NCBI GenBank assembly: GCA_963792575.1
Contig: CAWBWZ010000001.1
Coordinates: forward strand, 125,555-189,554
Length of the DNA: 64,000 nucleotides
Source: an uncultured Acidobacteriota bacterium
GTDB lineage: Bacteria > Acidobacteriota > Thermoanaerobaculia > Multivoradales > UBA5704
Direction: 5' to 3'
Position numbers and translations under genes: made by a program. How positions within the stretch are numbered: position 1 is the first letter of the stretch; each line of letters starts with the position of its first letter. A model generated the notes under the pieces. It was not told where the DNA came from, did not search any database, and worked only from the letters and a program-made list of their open reading frames with translations. Shown here in pieces: positions 38,694-47,279 of the stretch.

Positions 38694-41675
38694 CTACGGA
38701 AACGGGGTGGTGCTGACGTCGATCGAGCGCAGGAACCTCGCGATCCTGGCCCGGTCGGCGGCATTGCTCAGAGTGTCGACGCCGCCCGTGCCCGCGCTGC
38801 GATGCGTGACGTTGTTCAGCACCTCGTCGAAGCTCTGCGCGGCGCTGTTGTGGAGCTGCGGGCGCTCGAACGCGAAGGCCGACAGCAGCGTCGGGGGGGC
38901 GAACCCGTCGGCGCCGAGCGGCGCCGACGCGTCCTGGCGGACCTCGTTGAAAGCCGCCGGATTGAACGTGCCGACGTTCCTCAGCTCGGAGAGGATCTGG
39001 CCGTTGACCACCATTGCCGGAGACGGCGGCGGCGTGAACCTCAGAAGGCCCCGGGTCCAGTGGTTCCCGCCGTGGCAGGACTGGCAGTTGGCGCTGGCGA
39101 ACAGCGCCCGTCCCGCGATCACGTCCGGATCGGTCGGCGATACGGGAGAGATGGGAGCGCGGATGCCGAACCGCACGAACGCCTTGAGGGCGTCCCAGGC
39201 GCCGGCTCCGCGCACCTTGAGCTGGTTTCGGCCGGCGTTGGCCAGGGGGAGGAGGTCATCGACGCCGGGGTCCGGAGTGATTCCGTCCGGCAGCACGATC
39301 AGGCCCTCGCCCCCGGAGACCCGCCGGATGTTGTTCTCGAAATCTTCCTGTTCGTCGCGGGTCGCGGACGCATTGAGGATCCGCGTCTGCTGCCGCAGCG
39401 GATCGCCGGGATCGAAGTCGGCGTGCTGCGGGATCGTCCGGCGCGGACCGTCCGCGAAGATCCAGGCCACCTGATCGCTCAGGCCGGAGGGGTGGCACGT
39501 GGAGCACGCGCCCCAGCCGTTGGCCGACATCCGTCCGGTGATCGGTTGGCCTCCCGGCGTGGCCGGATCGAACACGCCGACCGACGTGTTGTAGAGCTCC
39601 TTGCCAATATGAAGGAGATCCTCCGGCGTGCCCGGAGCGGGCAGGCCCGCCGAGGGGAGCGTGGCGGTCACCTGCTCCCTCGCGCCGGTCAGATCGATCA
39701 CGCTGACGTCGCGCGAGACGTAGTTCATCACGTAGGCGCGGGTGTCGTTCCAGTTGACGACGATGCCGCGCGGATTGCGGCCGACCGGGATCTGCAGCAC
39801 GCGGGTGGCGTCCGCCGGATCGGAGAGCACTGCCGGCGCTCCTGTCGCCGGATTCACCGCCATCTTGATGACGATGTTGCTGGCGGCGCTCACCACGTAG
39901 CCCTGGTCGGCGCCATGCTTGAAGGCCATCGCCCAGGGCTGGGTGATGAACAGCTTCGGCAGGCCGGTCTGGGCGGCGACCGCGGTGTGCAGGTTGAGGG
40001 TGACGCCGGCATCCGCGTCGGTCGCGGTGTTGATCGCGGCGAGCAGGCTCTGGGTGTTGACGTCGAAGCGCACGGGGCCGTTGGGCGACGCGCCGGTATT
40101 GGGCAGGTAGGCGAAGCCGCCGTGCAGGGCGACGTTGTTCAACTGGTTTGGGTACGCACCAGTCGTGAAGGTGAAGCCCGCTCCCGGCGGAATGCGCCCG
40201 AGCGCGTCACCCGCGGCCTTGAACCCGGTATCCGCGAGCGGGTTGATCGATACCGCTCCGATCACGGAATCCGTCGCCGTCGAGACGACGGTCACCATCC
40301 CCTGCTTGGCATCGTCCGCGCCGTCGAGCCGGCCGGCGATGGACACGGCGAGGAACGAGGTCACATAAAGCTTTTCATCGGCGTCGTCGGCGTCACCGTC
40401 GTTGGTCACGGCCAACCCGCGCGGCTCGATGCCGGCGTTGGGAATGGTCGTGATGACCGTGTTGGTGGCGGTGTCGATGACCGAGATGGAATCGGACCGC
40501 GAGTTGGCCACATAGAGCTTCGTCCCGTTCGGCGCCAGCGCCAGCGCGTAGGGCTCGGTGCCGACCGGAACGTGAGTGGTCGGCGTCGCGGCCATGCCGT
40601 TGGCGAGGTCGACATCGAGGACCGACACCGTTCCGCTCACCGTGTTGGCCGCGTAGGCGCGCCGGCCGTCCGGCATGAACGCGACGCCGTTGGGCTCGCT
40701 CTGCACCGGCACCGTGGCCACGCGCAGATTGAGGTCGGAGCGCAGATCGAAGAAGCTCACGCTATTGTTGTCGGGATTGGCGACGGCGAGGAAGTCGCCG
40801 TTGGCCGAGAGCGCGAGCGGCTGCGAGGAGGTGGGCCCCGCGAACCGGCCGGCCGGCGGCTGGACAGCGCTGGCGTCGACGTCGAGGCGGAGGAAGAGCG
40901 TGCCCCCCTCGATCGTGCCGAAGGCGCGCCGGATCTCGAAGTTCACCGGCGCGTCGGCCGGCGGGAAGACGTCGTTGGCGATGGCGCCGTGGCCCACCCA
41001 GTCCGCCAGGTTGCCGTCCGGGAGGTGTGGCGAGGCGGCGACGGCGGCCCCCAGGCCGCCGCTCAGCAGCAGGACGCCGATCAGGAGCCCCGCCCGCGAG
41101 CGCCGCCGGCGCAGGGTGAAGCAGCCGGTGGCGCAGAGCAGCGCGGCGAGCGCCAGCAATCCCCAGCCGCCCAGTGCCGGGACGTCGGCGCCCAGGATCT
41201 GCAGGACGATCGGGGCGCCGGCCGGCTGGCCGTCCGTGGTAAACAGGGTGTCCGCCGGCGCGGACCGGGGGCCGGAGAAGAAGCCCAGCTGGATCGAGCC
41301 GCCCACCGCGCCGGCGCTCAGCGGCAGGTAGGTTTCGACGGCGTCGAGCCCGGAGACGGCGCCCGCCGGCCAGGGAGGGGAGAACCGCGTGAACGGGTTC
41401 GGCCCGCCATAGGGGACGAAAGTCCCACCGGCGCACTGGTTGAGCGCGAGCCCGGTGACGACCGGCGGGTCCACGGCGGTGTCGACCGTCGTCACCAGCT
41501 CGAAGTCGGCCCCTTGGAAGGTCCCGACCGTACAACCGCTGGCGTCGCTGTTGTCGATGTCGATCAGGGCGCTGAAGTCGGCCGCCGCCACCGTGGGCGC
41601 GAAGCCCACGAATCCCCCTGCGACTGCCAGCACGACCGCGACGACGATCCTACGGCTCTCTTTGCAAAGACTCAT
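38694..41675 (-). CDS. large secreted protein: N-terminal module ending in an IPTL-CTERM-like motif, YVTN-type beta-propeller repeats, C-terminal dihaem cytochrome c (peroxidase-like) region
   Basis: Start taken at ATG 41675 (GGGAGGGG RBS, signal peptide RRIVVAVVLAVAGGFVGFAPTVAAA). Repeats such as NGTKLYVANSRSDSISVIDTATN. Haem sites CSTCH and CQSCH. Confidence 0.8.
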   Translation of the reverse strand: MSLCKESRRIVVAVVLAVAGGFVGFAPTVAAADFSALIDIDNSDASGCTVGTFQGADFELVTTVDTAVDPPVVTGLALNQCAGGTFVPYGGPNPFTRFSPPWPAGAVSGLDAVETYLPLSAGAVGGSIQLGFFSGPRSAPADTLFTTDGQPAGAPIVLQILGADVPALGGWGLLALAALLCATGCFTLRRRRSRAGLLIGVLLLSGGLGAAVAASPHLPDGNLADWVGHGAIANDVFPPADAPVNFEIRRAFGTIEGGTLFLRLDVDASAVQPPAGRFAGPTSSQPLALSANGDFLAVANPDNNSVSFFDLRSDLNLRVATVPVQSEPNGVAFMPDGRRAYAANTVSGTVSVLDVDLANGMAATPTTHVPVGTEPYALALAPNGTKLYVANSRSDSISVIDTATNTVITTIPNAGIEPRGLAVTNDGDADDADEKLYVTSFLAVSIAGRLDGADDAKQGMVTVVSTATDSVIGAVSINPLADTGFKAAGDALGRIPPGAGFTFTTGAYPNQLNNVALHGGFAYLPNTGASPNGPVRFDVNTQSLLAAINTATDADAGVTLNLHTAVAAQTGLPKLFITQPWAMAFKHGADQGYVVSAASNIVIKMAVNPATGAPAVLSDPADATRVLQIPVGRNPRGIVVNWNDTRAYVMNYVSRDVSVIDLTGAREQVTATLPSAGLPAPGTPEDLLHIGKELYNTSVGVFDPATPGGQPITGRMSANGWGACSTCHPSGLSDQVAWIFADGPRRTIPQHADFDPGDPLRQQTRILNASATRDEQEDFENNIRRVSGGEGLIVLPDGITPDPGVDDLLPLANAGRNQLKVRGAGAWDALKAFVRFGIRAPISPVSPTDPDVIAGRALFASANCQSCHGGNHWTRGLLRFTPPPSPAMVVNGQILSELRNVGTFNPAAFNEVRQDASAPLGADGFAPPTLLSAFAFERPQLHNSAAQSFDEVLNNVTHRSAGTGGVDTLSNAADRARIARFLRSIDVSTTPFP

Positions 41676-41802
41676 ACAAGACCCCTCCCGGCAGCCGTTC
41701 CGCGCGCCTGATAGCATAGGCGCCAGAGTCCAGGGATTCGTTACAGAGAACGGCATCGGGTCACGTTCGCCTGGATATGCACGACGAAGGGGCTCAACGG
41801 CC

Positions 41803-42702
41803 ATGCGCTACCGCTACTACATTTGCGATGTCTTTACCGAGACCCGCTTCAGTGGCAATCAACTGGCCGTGCTGCCGGAGGCCCAGGGTCTTTCGGACCG
41901 GCGGATGCAGCAGATCGCCCGCGAGTTCAACTTCGCCGAGAGCACGTTCGTGCTGCCGGCGGAGGCCGGGCATACCCGCAGGGTTCGCATCTTCACCCCC
42001 ACCACCGAGGTTCCCTTTGCCGGGCATCCCAATATCGGCACCGCGTTCGTCCTGGCGGCCGCGGGCGAGTTCGGGCCGATCCTGCCATCGCTTACGGTGA
42101 CCTTCGAGGAGAAGGCGGGGCTCGTCCCGATCACCATCCAGCGACGCGAGGGGGGCCGCCTCTGGTGCGAACTGTCGGCGCCCCAGCGTCTTTCGCTGGG
42201 AAAGACCGTTTCCGCGCAGTCTCTGGCAAGGGCGGTTTCGCTCACTCCGGAGGATGTCGTCACTCGGACCCACCTACCCCAGGTGGCCTCGGTCGGCCTG
42301 CCGTTCCTGGTGGCGGAGCTCGCGGATCGCTCCGCTCTCGAACGAGCGCGCGTCAACATGGATGGGCTCGACGCCCTCGTCGCCGAAGGCGTGACCCCCG
42401 ACGTCCATCTGTATGTCCACAGTGCCGACGAGTTCGATCTTCGAGCCCGCATGTACGCACCTCTGGACGGGGTCCCGGAAGATCCCGCCACCGGCAGCGC
42501 GAACTGCGCCCTGGCCGGATTGCTCAGTCAGTGCGACGGGAGGACCGACGGCAGCTTCCGCTGGCGCATCGCCCAGGGGGTGGAGATGGGGCGTCCCAGC
42601 GTTCTGGAGGCGCGCACAGTGAAGAGAGAGGGAGCCGTCGTGGACATCCGGATCGGCGGGGCGAGCGTCCTCGTGAGCGAAGGTTTCATTGAGGTCGATT
42701 AG
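41803..42702 (+). CDS. PhzF-family isomerase-like protein
   Basis: MRYRYYICDVFTETRFSGNQLAVL ... EFNFAESTFV ... and a C-terminal GGASVLVSEGFIEV. Confidence 0.88.
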   Translation: MRYRYYICDVFTETRFSGNQLAVLPEAQGLSDRRMQQIAREFNFAESTFVLPAEAGHTRRVRIFTPTTEVPFAGHPNIGTAFVLAAAGEFGPILPSLTVTFEEKAGLVPITIQRREGGRLWCELSAPQRLSLGKTVSAQSLARAVSLTPEDVVTRTHLPQVASVGLPFLVAELADRSALERARVNMDGLDALVAEGVTPDVHLYVHSADEFDLRARMYAPLDGVPEDPATGSANCALAGLLSQCDGRTDGSFRWRIAQGVEMGRPSVLEARTVKREGAVVDIRIGGASVLVSEGFIEVD

Positions 42703-42745
42703 TCATTCGAAAGGAAAACAGGAGACCGAGAACGTGAAGAACGGA

Positions 42746-43747
42746 ATGCGCGCCATCGTCGTTCAGAAGCTGGGACCGCCCGAGGTCCTGGAGCTGAGCG
42801 AGGCGCCGGTGCCCCAGCCAGGCCCCGGGCAGGTGCTGGTGCGGCTTCATGCCGCGGGTGTGAACTTCTCGGACACCGAGCGGCGGCGGGGCATCTATCC
42901 CGCGTTCGATCTACCCTGGATCCCCGGCACGGAGGGGGCCGGCCGGGTTGTCGCGGCCGGCCCTGGCGTGGAGCCCACTTTGCTCGACCGGCGCGTGGCC
43001 TTCTGGGCGATGCCGCCGGCGGTGAGCGGCACCTACGCCGAGTACGCGGTAGCGCCGGCGAGCTCGCTGTTTCTCCTCGGACCGGACACGCCCTTCGACC
43101 TCGGAGCCGCCTTTCCGCAGCAAGGGCTGACAGCGTATGGTCTGACCTTCTTCGCGACCACGATCCACCCCGGCGCCACGGTCCTCATCCACGCGGCCGC
43201 GGGGGGCGTCGGCCAGATCCTGGTCCAACTCGTCCGCCGGCAGGGCGCCCGCGTTTTCGGGAGCGTGTCGAGCCCTGAGAAGGCCGACGCCGTGGCCGCC
43301 CTTGGCGCCGAGCCGCTCCTGTACGGGGAGGATCTGCCGGAGCGCGTCGCGGCGGCCACCGGCGGGCGCGGCGTGGATCGCGTCTTCGATTCGGTCGGCA
43401 AAGCGACGCAGGTCCAAAGTCTCGCGATGCTGGCTCCCCACGGCGAGCTCATCTTCTTCGGTGACGCGAGCGGTCCACCGGCGCCGATCGACCCGGACCA
43501 TCTCTACGGCCGAAGCCTCAAGATCGGCGCCTTCGGCCTGAACGTCGACCGTGATCCGGCGGCTTGGGCGGCGGCCCGCCGGCATCTCCTGGAGTGGATC
43601 GAAGCGGGGGAGCTGGCGATCTCGATCTCGCGGCGTTTCCCGCTTGAAAAGGCCGCGGAAGCGCACCGTCTACTCGAGAGCCGGGCCACGACCGGCAAGG
43701 TCGTCCTGATGCCGGCCGGCGCGGAAGAGCGGCGGCAGGGCACCTAA
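42746..43747 (+). CDS. qor: NADPH:quinone oxidoreductase (MDR superfamily)
   Basis: MRAIVVQKLGPPEVLEL..., GVNFSD, the cofactor motif HAAAGGVGQILVQL, and a C-terminal ATTGKVVL. Its last 156 nt (43592..43747) are copy 1 of the repeat family described below. Confidence 0.9.
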   Translation: MRAIVVQKLGPPEVLELSEAPVPQPGPGQVLVRLHAAGVNFSDTERRRGIYPAFDLPWIPGTEGAGRVVAAGPGVEPTLLDRRVAFWAMPPAVSGTYAEYAVAPASSLFLLGPDTPFDLGAAFPQQGLTAYGLTFFATTIHPGATVLIHAAAGGVGQILVQLVRRQGARVFGSVSSPEKADAVAALGAEPLLYGEDLPERVAAATGGRGVDRVFDSVGKATQVQSLAMLAPHGELIFFGDASGPPAPIDPDHLYGRSLKIGAFGLNVDRDPAAWAAARRHLLEWIEAGELAISISRRFPLEKAAEAHRLLESRATTGKVVLMPAGAEERRQGT

Positions 43748-43819
43748 TTGCGCCTCGAGGCTGGACAGGATCGCGGTCACCGACAGATTCGAATCCATGG
43801 CTCTTTCTCCAGGAAAAAC

Positions 43820-44125
43820 ATGCCGCGAGTCACCTCCAGGCGACTCGACAAAGGCTTTATTCGCGGCAAGTAAAGCCCAAAATGCCGCATAATGGCGCCA
43901 TTACGCGGAATAATAAGAAAATTATACCGCGAAATTGTTGGTCAATGCGGGAGATTTATGATTTTATGTCGCTTTATAGCTCTCCATTGCCGCGTAATTC
44001 TCATTTCGTGCTGCCTGTTGTCAGCAATGCGGCGCGACAAATCACTTTCATGGCGCCAAGTAAGGAAAATATACCGCATATTTCAGATTATACGCGGAGT
44101 AATTGGCGGTACACGCGGCATGACG
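43820..44125. repeat. AT-rich non-coding stretch packed with short CGCGG-core motifs (iteron- or arm-site-like)
   Basis: TTACGCGGAATAAT (43901), TATACGCGGAGTAAT (44089), TACACGCGGCAT (44110) and GAATTACGCGGCAA on the other strand (43987..44000). Also ATACCGCGAAAT (43924) / ATACCGCATATT (44071), and ATGGCGCCA twice (43892, 44050). Confidence 0.45.
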
Positions 44126-44347
44126 GCCTTCACGGCACCGGCGCGAGCCTGGCGCGCCTCCAGGCCGTGGCTCTGGGGTGAGCTTCGTGGCTCATGAACC
44201 TCGATGCCTTGATCGACCGCGGGTCCGTGAGCGGCGACGCGGAGCGCGCCAACAAGTATTTCTCTCTCTCAACGGGCTTTGCGACGTCCTCGGCGTCGAG
44301 CGCCCGCACCCGGAGAGGGTGCGAGAGGTGGAGAGGTACCGCTGAGA

Positions 44348-44529
44348 GAGGTGCCAGGCGCTTCGTCAGGGGGGAGTGGATTGAAGCGGGGGAGCTGGCG
44401 ATCTCGATCTCGCGTCGTTTCCCGCTCGAGGAGGCCGCGGAAGCGCACCGCCTGCTCGAGAGCCGGGCCTCGACCGGCAAGGTCGTTCTGTTGCCGGCCG
44501 GCGCGGAAGAGCGGCGTCAGGGCACCTGA
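44348..44529 (+). repeat. qor 3-prime-end pseudo-copy 2 with upstream GAGGTGCCAG motif
   Basis: 44374..44529 aligns base for base with 43592..43747, with about 12 mismatches over 156 nt. It still translates to EWIEAGELAISISRRFPLEEAAEAHRLLESRASTGKVVLLPAGAEERRQGT plus a stop. It is preceded by GAGGTGCCAGGCGCTTCGTCAGGG. Confidence 0.85.
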
Positions 44530-44672
44530 TAAGGGGTGGCCGGTTTCATGTCCGCTCCCGCGAGCCCCGGTCCAACATCCGGAGAGGAAAGAGTCATTAA
44601 CAAGAGCTTCGCCAGGAAGCTGACCGCGCGAACCGACGGTTCGGGCGTTCAGACTACAGTGAGACGGTCGGC

Positions 44673-45284
44673 TTACCCGTCCTCCTCATCCTTTGCGATA
44701 GTGAGGATCACCCGCAGTGTCGGAGCCTCACCCTCCCAAAGCGCGCTCCACTCTGAATCAGACAGGTCCCACTCCACTGAAGGCGCCTTCGAGTTCGACG
44801 TCCCGATGCCCAGGGCGTAGTTGCCCATCGCGTTGACGGCGGCCCCCTTCGTTGCGCCAAGCACGAGATCATCCCACTGCTGCCGGCGGACCTCTTTTCC
44901 CTTCGAGAGCAGGGCAACTGAGAGGGCTACGTGTTGGCGAATCCACTCCGTGCTCAGTGCCGTGGTGGCGGTGATTCTCTTTTTCCCTCGCCGATCCTCC
45001 AGCCGCAGGAGCACCACGCCGATCCTTGCCTTGTCACAGACGTATCCAGTGGCATCGTTGTAGGCTCGCGTCACCCCTGCAGGCGAGTCATTGAATGCCT
45101 TCCGCGGTTTCCCGTTAGGCGATGTGCCGGCCCCAAGCGGAATGTCCACTAGCATCGGGCTGGGTATCTCCCGCGAGTTCGTTGCGGTCGCCATGTCCTC
45201 AGGCGTTGCTTGTCGAACCTGAGGATAAAGCGGCCATGCCGACAGTGTCCCAAGGATGCATGCCTGCACAAGCATCTTGCGCAT
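44673..45284 (-). CDS. hypothetical secreted protein (cassette 2)
   Basis: ATG preceded by GAGGAGAGAAGG. Signal peptide MRKMLVQACILGTLSAWPLYPQ. No motif recognised. Lower GC. Confidence 0.55.
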   Translation of the reverse strand: MRKMLVQACILGTLSAWPLYPQVRQATPEDMATATNSREIPSPMLVDIPLGAGTSPNGKPRKAFNDSPAGVTRAYNDATGYVCDKARIGVVLLRLEDRRGKKRITATTALSTEWIRQHVALSVALLSKGKEVRRQQWDDLVLGATKGAAVNAMGNYALGIGTSNSKAPSVEWDLSDSEWSALWEGEAPTLRVILTIAKDEEDG

Positions 45285-45531
45285 ACCTTCTCTCCTCTGT
45301 TGAAGTGACACCTAATTTTCGCCCGGTTCGCTCCTCCCGTCCATCCGTCTCACTTCCGCCTGTCACAAAATTGTCTCCTCCCAACGCCTGACCCCGCCAT
45401 GGGGCGTGTCCTAACTCAATGTGGGCGGTGGCCGGGAGGACGGGTTGAGGTTCAGCAAAACTCGCTAACACTACAGTTGCACACGGTGTCGGTCCCACAA
45501 AAACTTGCAGTGAAAGGAGAGGGTGAAGGGA

Positions 45532-45687
45532 GAGGTGCCAGGCGCTTTGTCAGGGATCGAAGCGGGGGAGCTGGCGATCTCGATCTCGCGGCATTTCCCA
45601 CTCGAAGAGGTGGCGGAAGCGCACCGTCTGCTGGAGAGCCGGGCCTCGACCGGCAAGGTCGTCCTGATGATGCCGGCCGACGGCTGA
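45532..45687 (+). repeat. qor 3-prime-end pseudo-copy 3 with upstream GAGGTGCCAG motif
   Basis: GAGGTGCCAGGCGCTTTGTCAGGG is followed from 45556 by IEAGELAISISRHFPLEEVAEAHRLLESRASTGKVVLMMPADG plus a stop in the qor frame. Confidence 0.8.
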
Positions 45688-45816
45688 GACTGCGATAGAA
45701 TAGCCCTCACAAACGATGGCCAGAGGTTGTGGGTGTGCCGCACCGTCCCCGCAATGGATAGACGGCTGAGGGCCGCCTCCCGCCTGTGTGTTCGTCAAGG
45801 CCAGTCAGGGAGAACC

Positions 45817-46113
45817 ATGAGCTACTTTGTCCTCTTCGCCGTGGTCCTGGTCATCTGTTTCGGGATCAATCGAGCCAAGGGCCGGCCAGTCTCGAATCCA
45901 GGCTTTGTGGCTCTGATCGTCCTTGCCATCTTCCTCATAGTCGACCTCGGGTTCGGGGTCTACATGCTGGCTGGTACTCGCGTGGATCCCGAAATGCAAG
46001 GCAGGTTCATTGGCGGGATCATCGGCCGCGCGTTGATTCCGCTCATCCTTGCCACCTTGATCGGCAACAGCTTCCGCAAGAAGCACTCGATGCCGGTTCA
46101 GACTCTGGATTGA
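45817..46113 (+). CDS. small membrane protein, about three TM segments (cassette 3)
   Basis: AGGGAGAACC RBS. 98 aa: MSYFVLFAVVLVICFGI..., FVALIVLAIFLIVDLGFGVYML, IGGIIGRALIPLILATLIG. Confidence 0.6.
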   Translation: MSYFVLFAVVLVICFGINRAKGRPVSNPGFVALIVLAIFLIVDLGFGVYMLAGTRVDPEMQGRFIGGIIGRALIPLILATLIGNSFRKKHSMPVQTLD

Positions 46114-46165
46114 GAGAACGGCCGGTCACTTTCCGTCGTCCAGCGACAATACGAGGAGTCAGCTC

Positions 46166-47239
46166 GTGAAGAAATCGATGCTCTTTATCAGTCATATAGC
46201 CAAAGAAACGGACCTGGCCCAGTGCCTGAAGAAGTTTCTGGTCAACGACTTTCTAGGCATTCTCGAAGTGTTCGTTTCATCCGACGGAAAGACGATCCAG
46301 GCAGGAGAGCCGTGGCTGAACAAGCTGAGTGAGGCACTGGAAAGGGCGAAGTTCGAGATCGTCCTATGCAGCAAGGAATCCGTCGCGCGTCCCTGGGTCA
46401 ACTTCGAAGCCGGTGCCGGTTGGGTCCGCGGGATCCGGGTTATGCCCGTCTGTCATTCAGGGCTGATCCCGGACCATCTGCCGATGCCCCTGAACCTCCT
46501 TCAGGGGATCGAAGCTGGCCGCCCAGAAGGTCTGCAGCAACTCTACGAGGCGATTGCGGGACTGCTTGAGGTGCAAGTGCCAAGAGTTGATTTCAAGGCT
46601 ATGGCTCAAGAGGTTGAAGCTCTCGAGGAAAAATACCGCCTGTCAGGTCAGGACCTGGAGCGGATCGATAATCCTCGGATCCTCTGCGCGGCCAGTGAGC
46701 AGTACACCGATCACATGAAGTTCGATATGGATGTCGCGGTTTTAGAAGAGATATTCCCTGGGCAAGTCGTGGTAGAGCGTCGGTTGACGTCAGATCGCCT
46801 TCGTCGGTTACTGACAACTCAGACCTTTGAAGTCATTCACTTGGTACTGCCAATCGACCCCGAGAGCGGCGACCTTCTGTTCAGTCCAGTCGGTTCCGGA
46901 CACAAGCCGTCCACTCCCAAAGTCGACAAGATGTTGCCCGAATTTTTCGCCACGCTTCTGGTAGAGTCAGAGACCCGGTTGGTGGTCCTGGCCACCTGTT
47001 ATGCTTTGTACTTGGCCGTCGAAGTCGCGCGTATCGCGAACATGGTTGCTACCAAGGCCATAGTGAATGGCGAGCAGATGGCCGAATGGAGCGAATGCTT
47101 TTACGGCCTGCTCGCCGGAGGTTACTCCGTGTACAAGGCCTACGAGATCACGGAGTCCAATAGAAACTTGGTGCCGATGAAGCTACTGCGCCAGAAAGAC
47201 GTAGCCTTCTCATTCGCAGCAAAATCGACCGGCGAGTAG
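46166..47239 (+). CDS. TIR-domain protein with a C-terminal caspase/CHAT-like (His-Cys) domain
   Basis: GTG start 8 nt after GAGGAG. TIR hallmarks LFISHIAKETDLA..., VFVSSD..IQAGEPW, IVLCSKESVARPWVNFEAGAGW (candidate catalytic Glu). The C-terminus has FEVIHLVLP ... LVVLATCYAL ... FYGLLAGGYSVYKAYE. Confidence 0.75.
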   Translation: MKKSMLFISHIAKETDLAQCLKKFLVNDFLGILEVFVSSDGKTIQAGEPWLNKLSEALERAKFEIVLCSKESVARPWVNFEAGAGWVRGIRVMPVCHSGLIPDHLPMPLNLLQGIEAGRPEGLQQLYEAIAGLLEVQVPRVDFKAMAQEVEALEEKYRLSGQDLERIDNPRILCAASEQYTDHMKFDMDVAVLEEIFPGQVVVERRLTSDRLRRLLTTQTFEVIHLVLPIDPESGDLLFSPVGSGHKPSTPKVDKMLPEFFATLLVESETRLVVLATCYALYLAVEVARIANMVATKAIVNGEQMAEWSECFYGLLAGGYSVYKAYEITESNRNLVPMKLLRQKDVAFSFAAKSTGE

Positions 47240-47279
47240 TCTGGGCGGAGGACGCGGACGCGCACCGCCGGCAACGGGC

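Noticed and set aside
33314-41711. ORFs 33314..36280(-) and 38667..41711(+), each about 1000 aa
   Set aside because: They are antisense to the pyruvyl-transferase/PhyH gene and to the beta-propeller/cytochrome gene respectively. They are compositional artefacts.
43786-43796. GATTCGAATCC, resembling a tRNA T-loop, just downstream of qor (a tRNA fragment would explain an integration site)
   Set aside because: The flanking bases cannot form a T-stem or acceptor stem on either strand. There is no cloverleaf, and the repeated attachment sequence is the qor end itself.
43882-44181. 99-aa ORF in the AT-rich cassette 1
   Set aside because: It has no RBS, and its composition (Asn/Ile/Arg-rich) is dictated by the CGCGG/AT repeat motifs. 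It is more likely non-coding.
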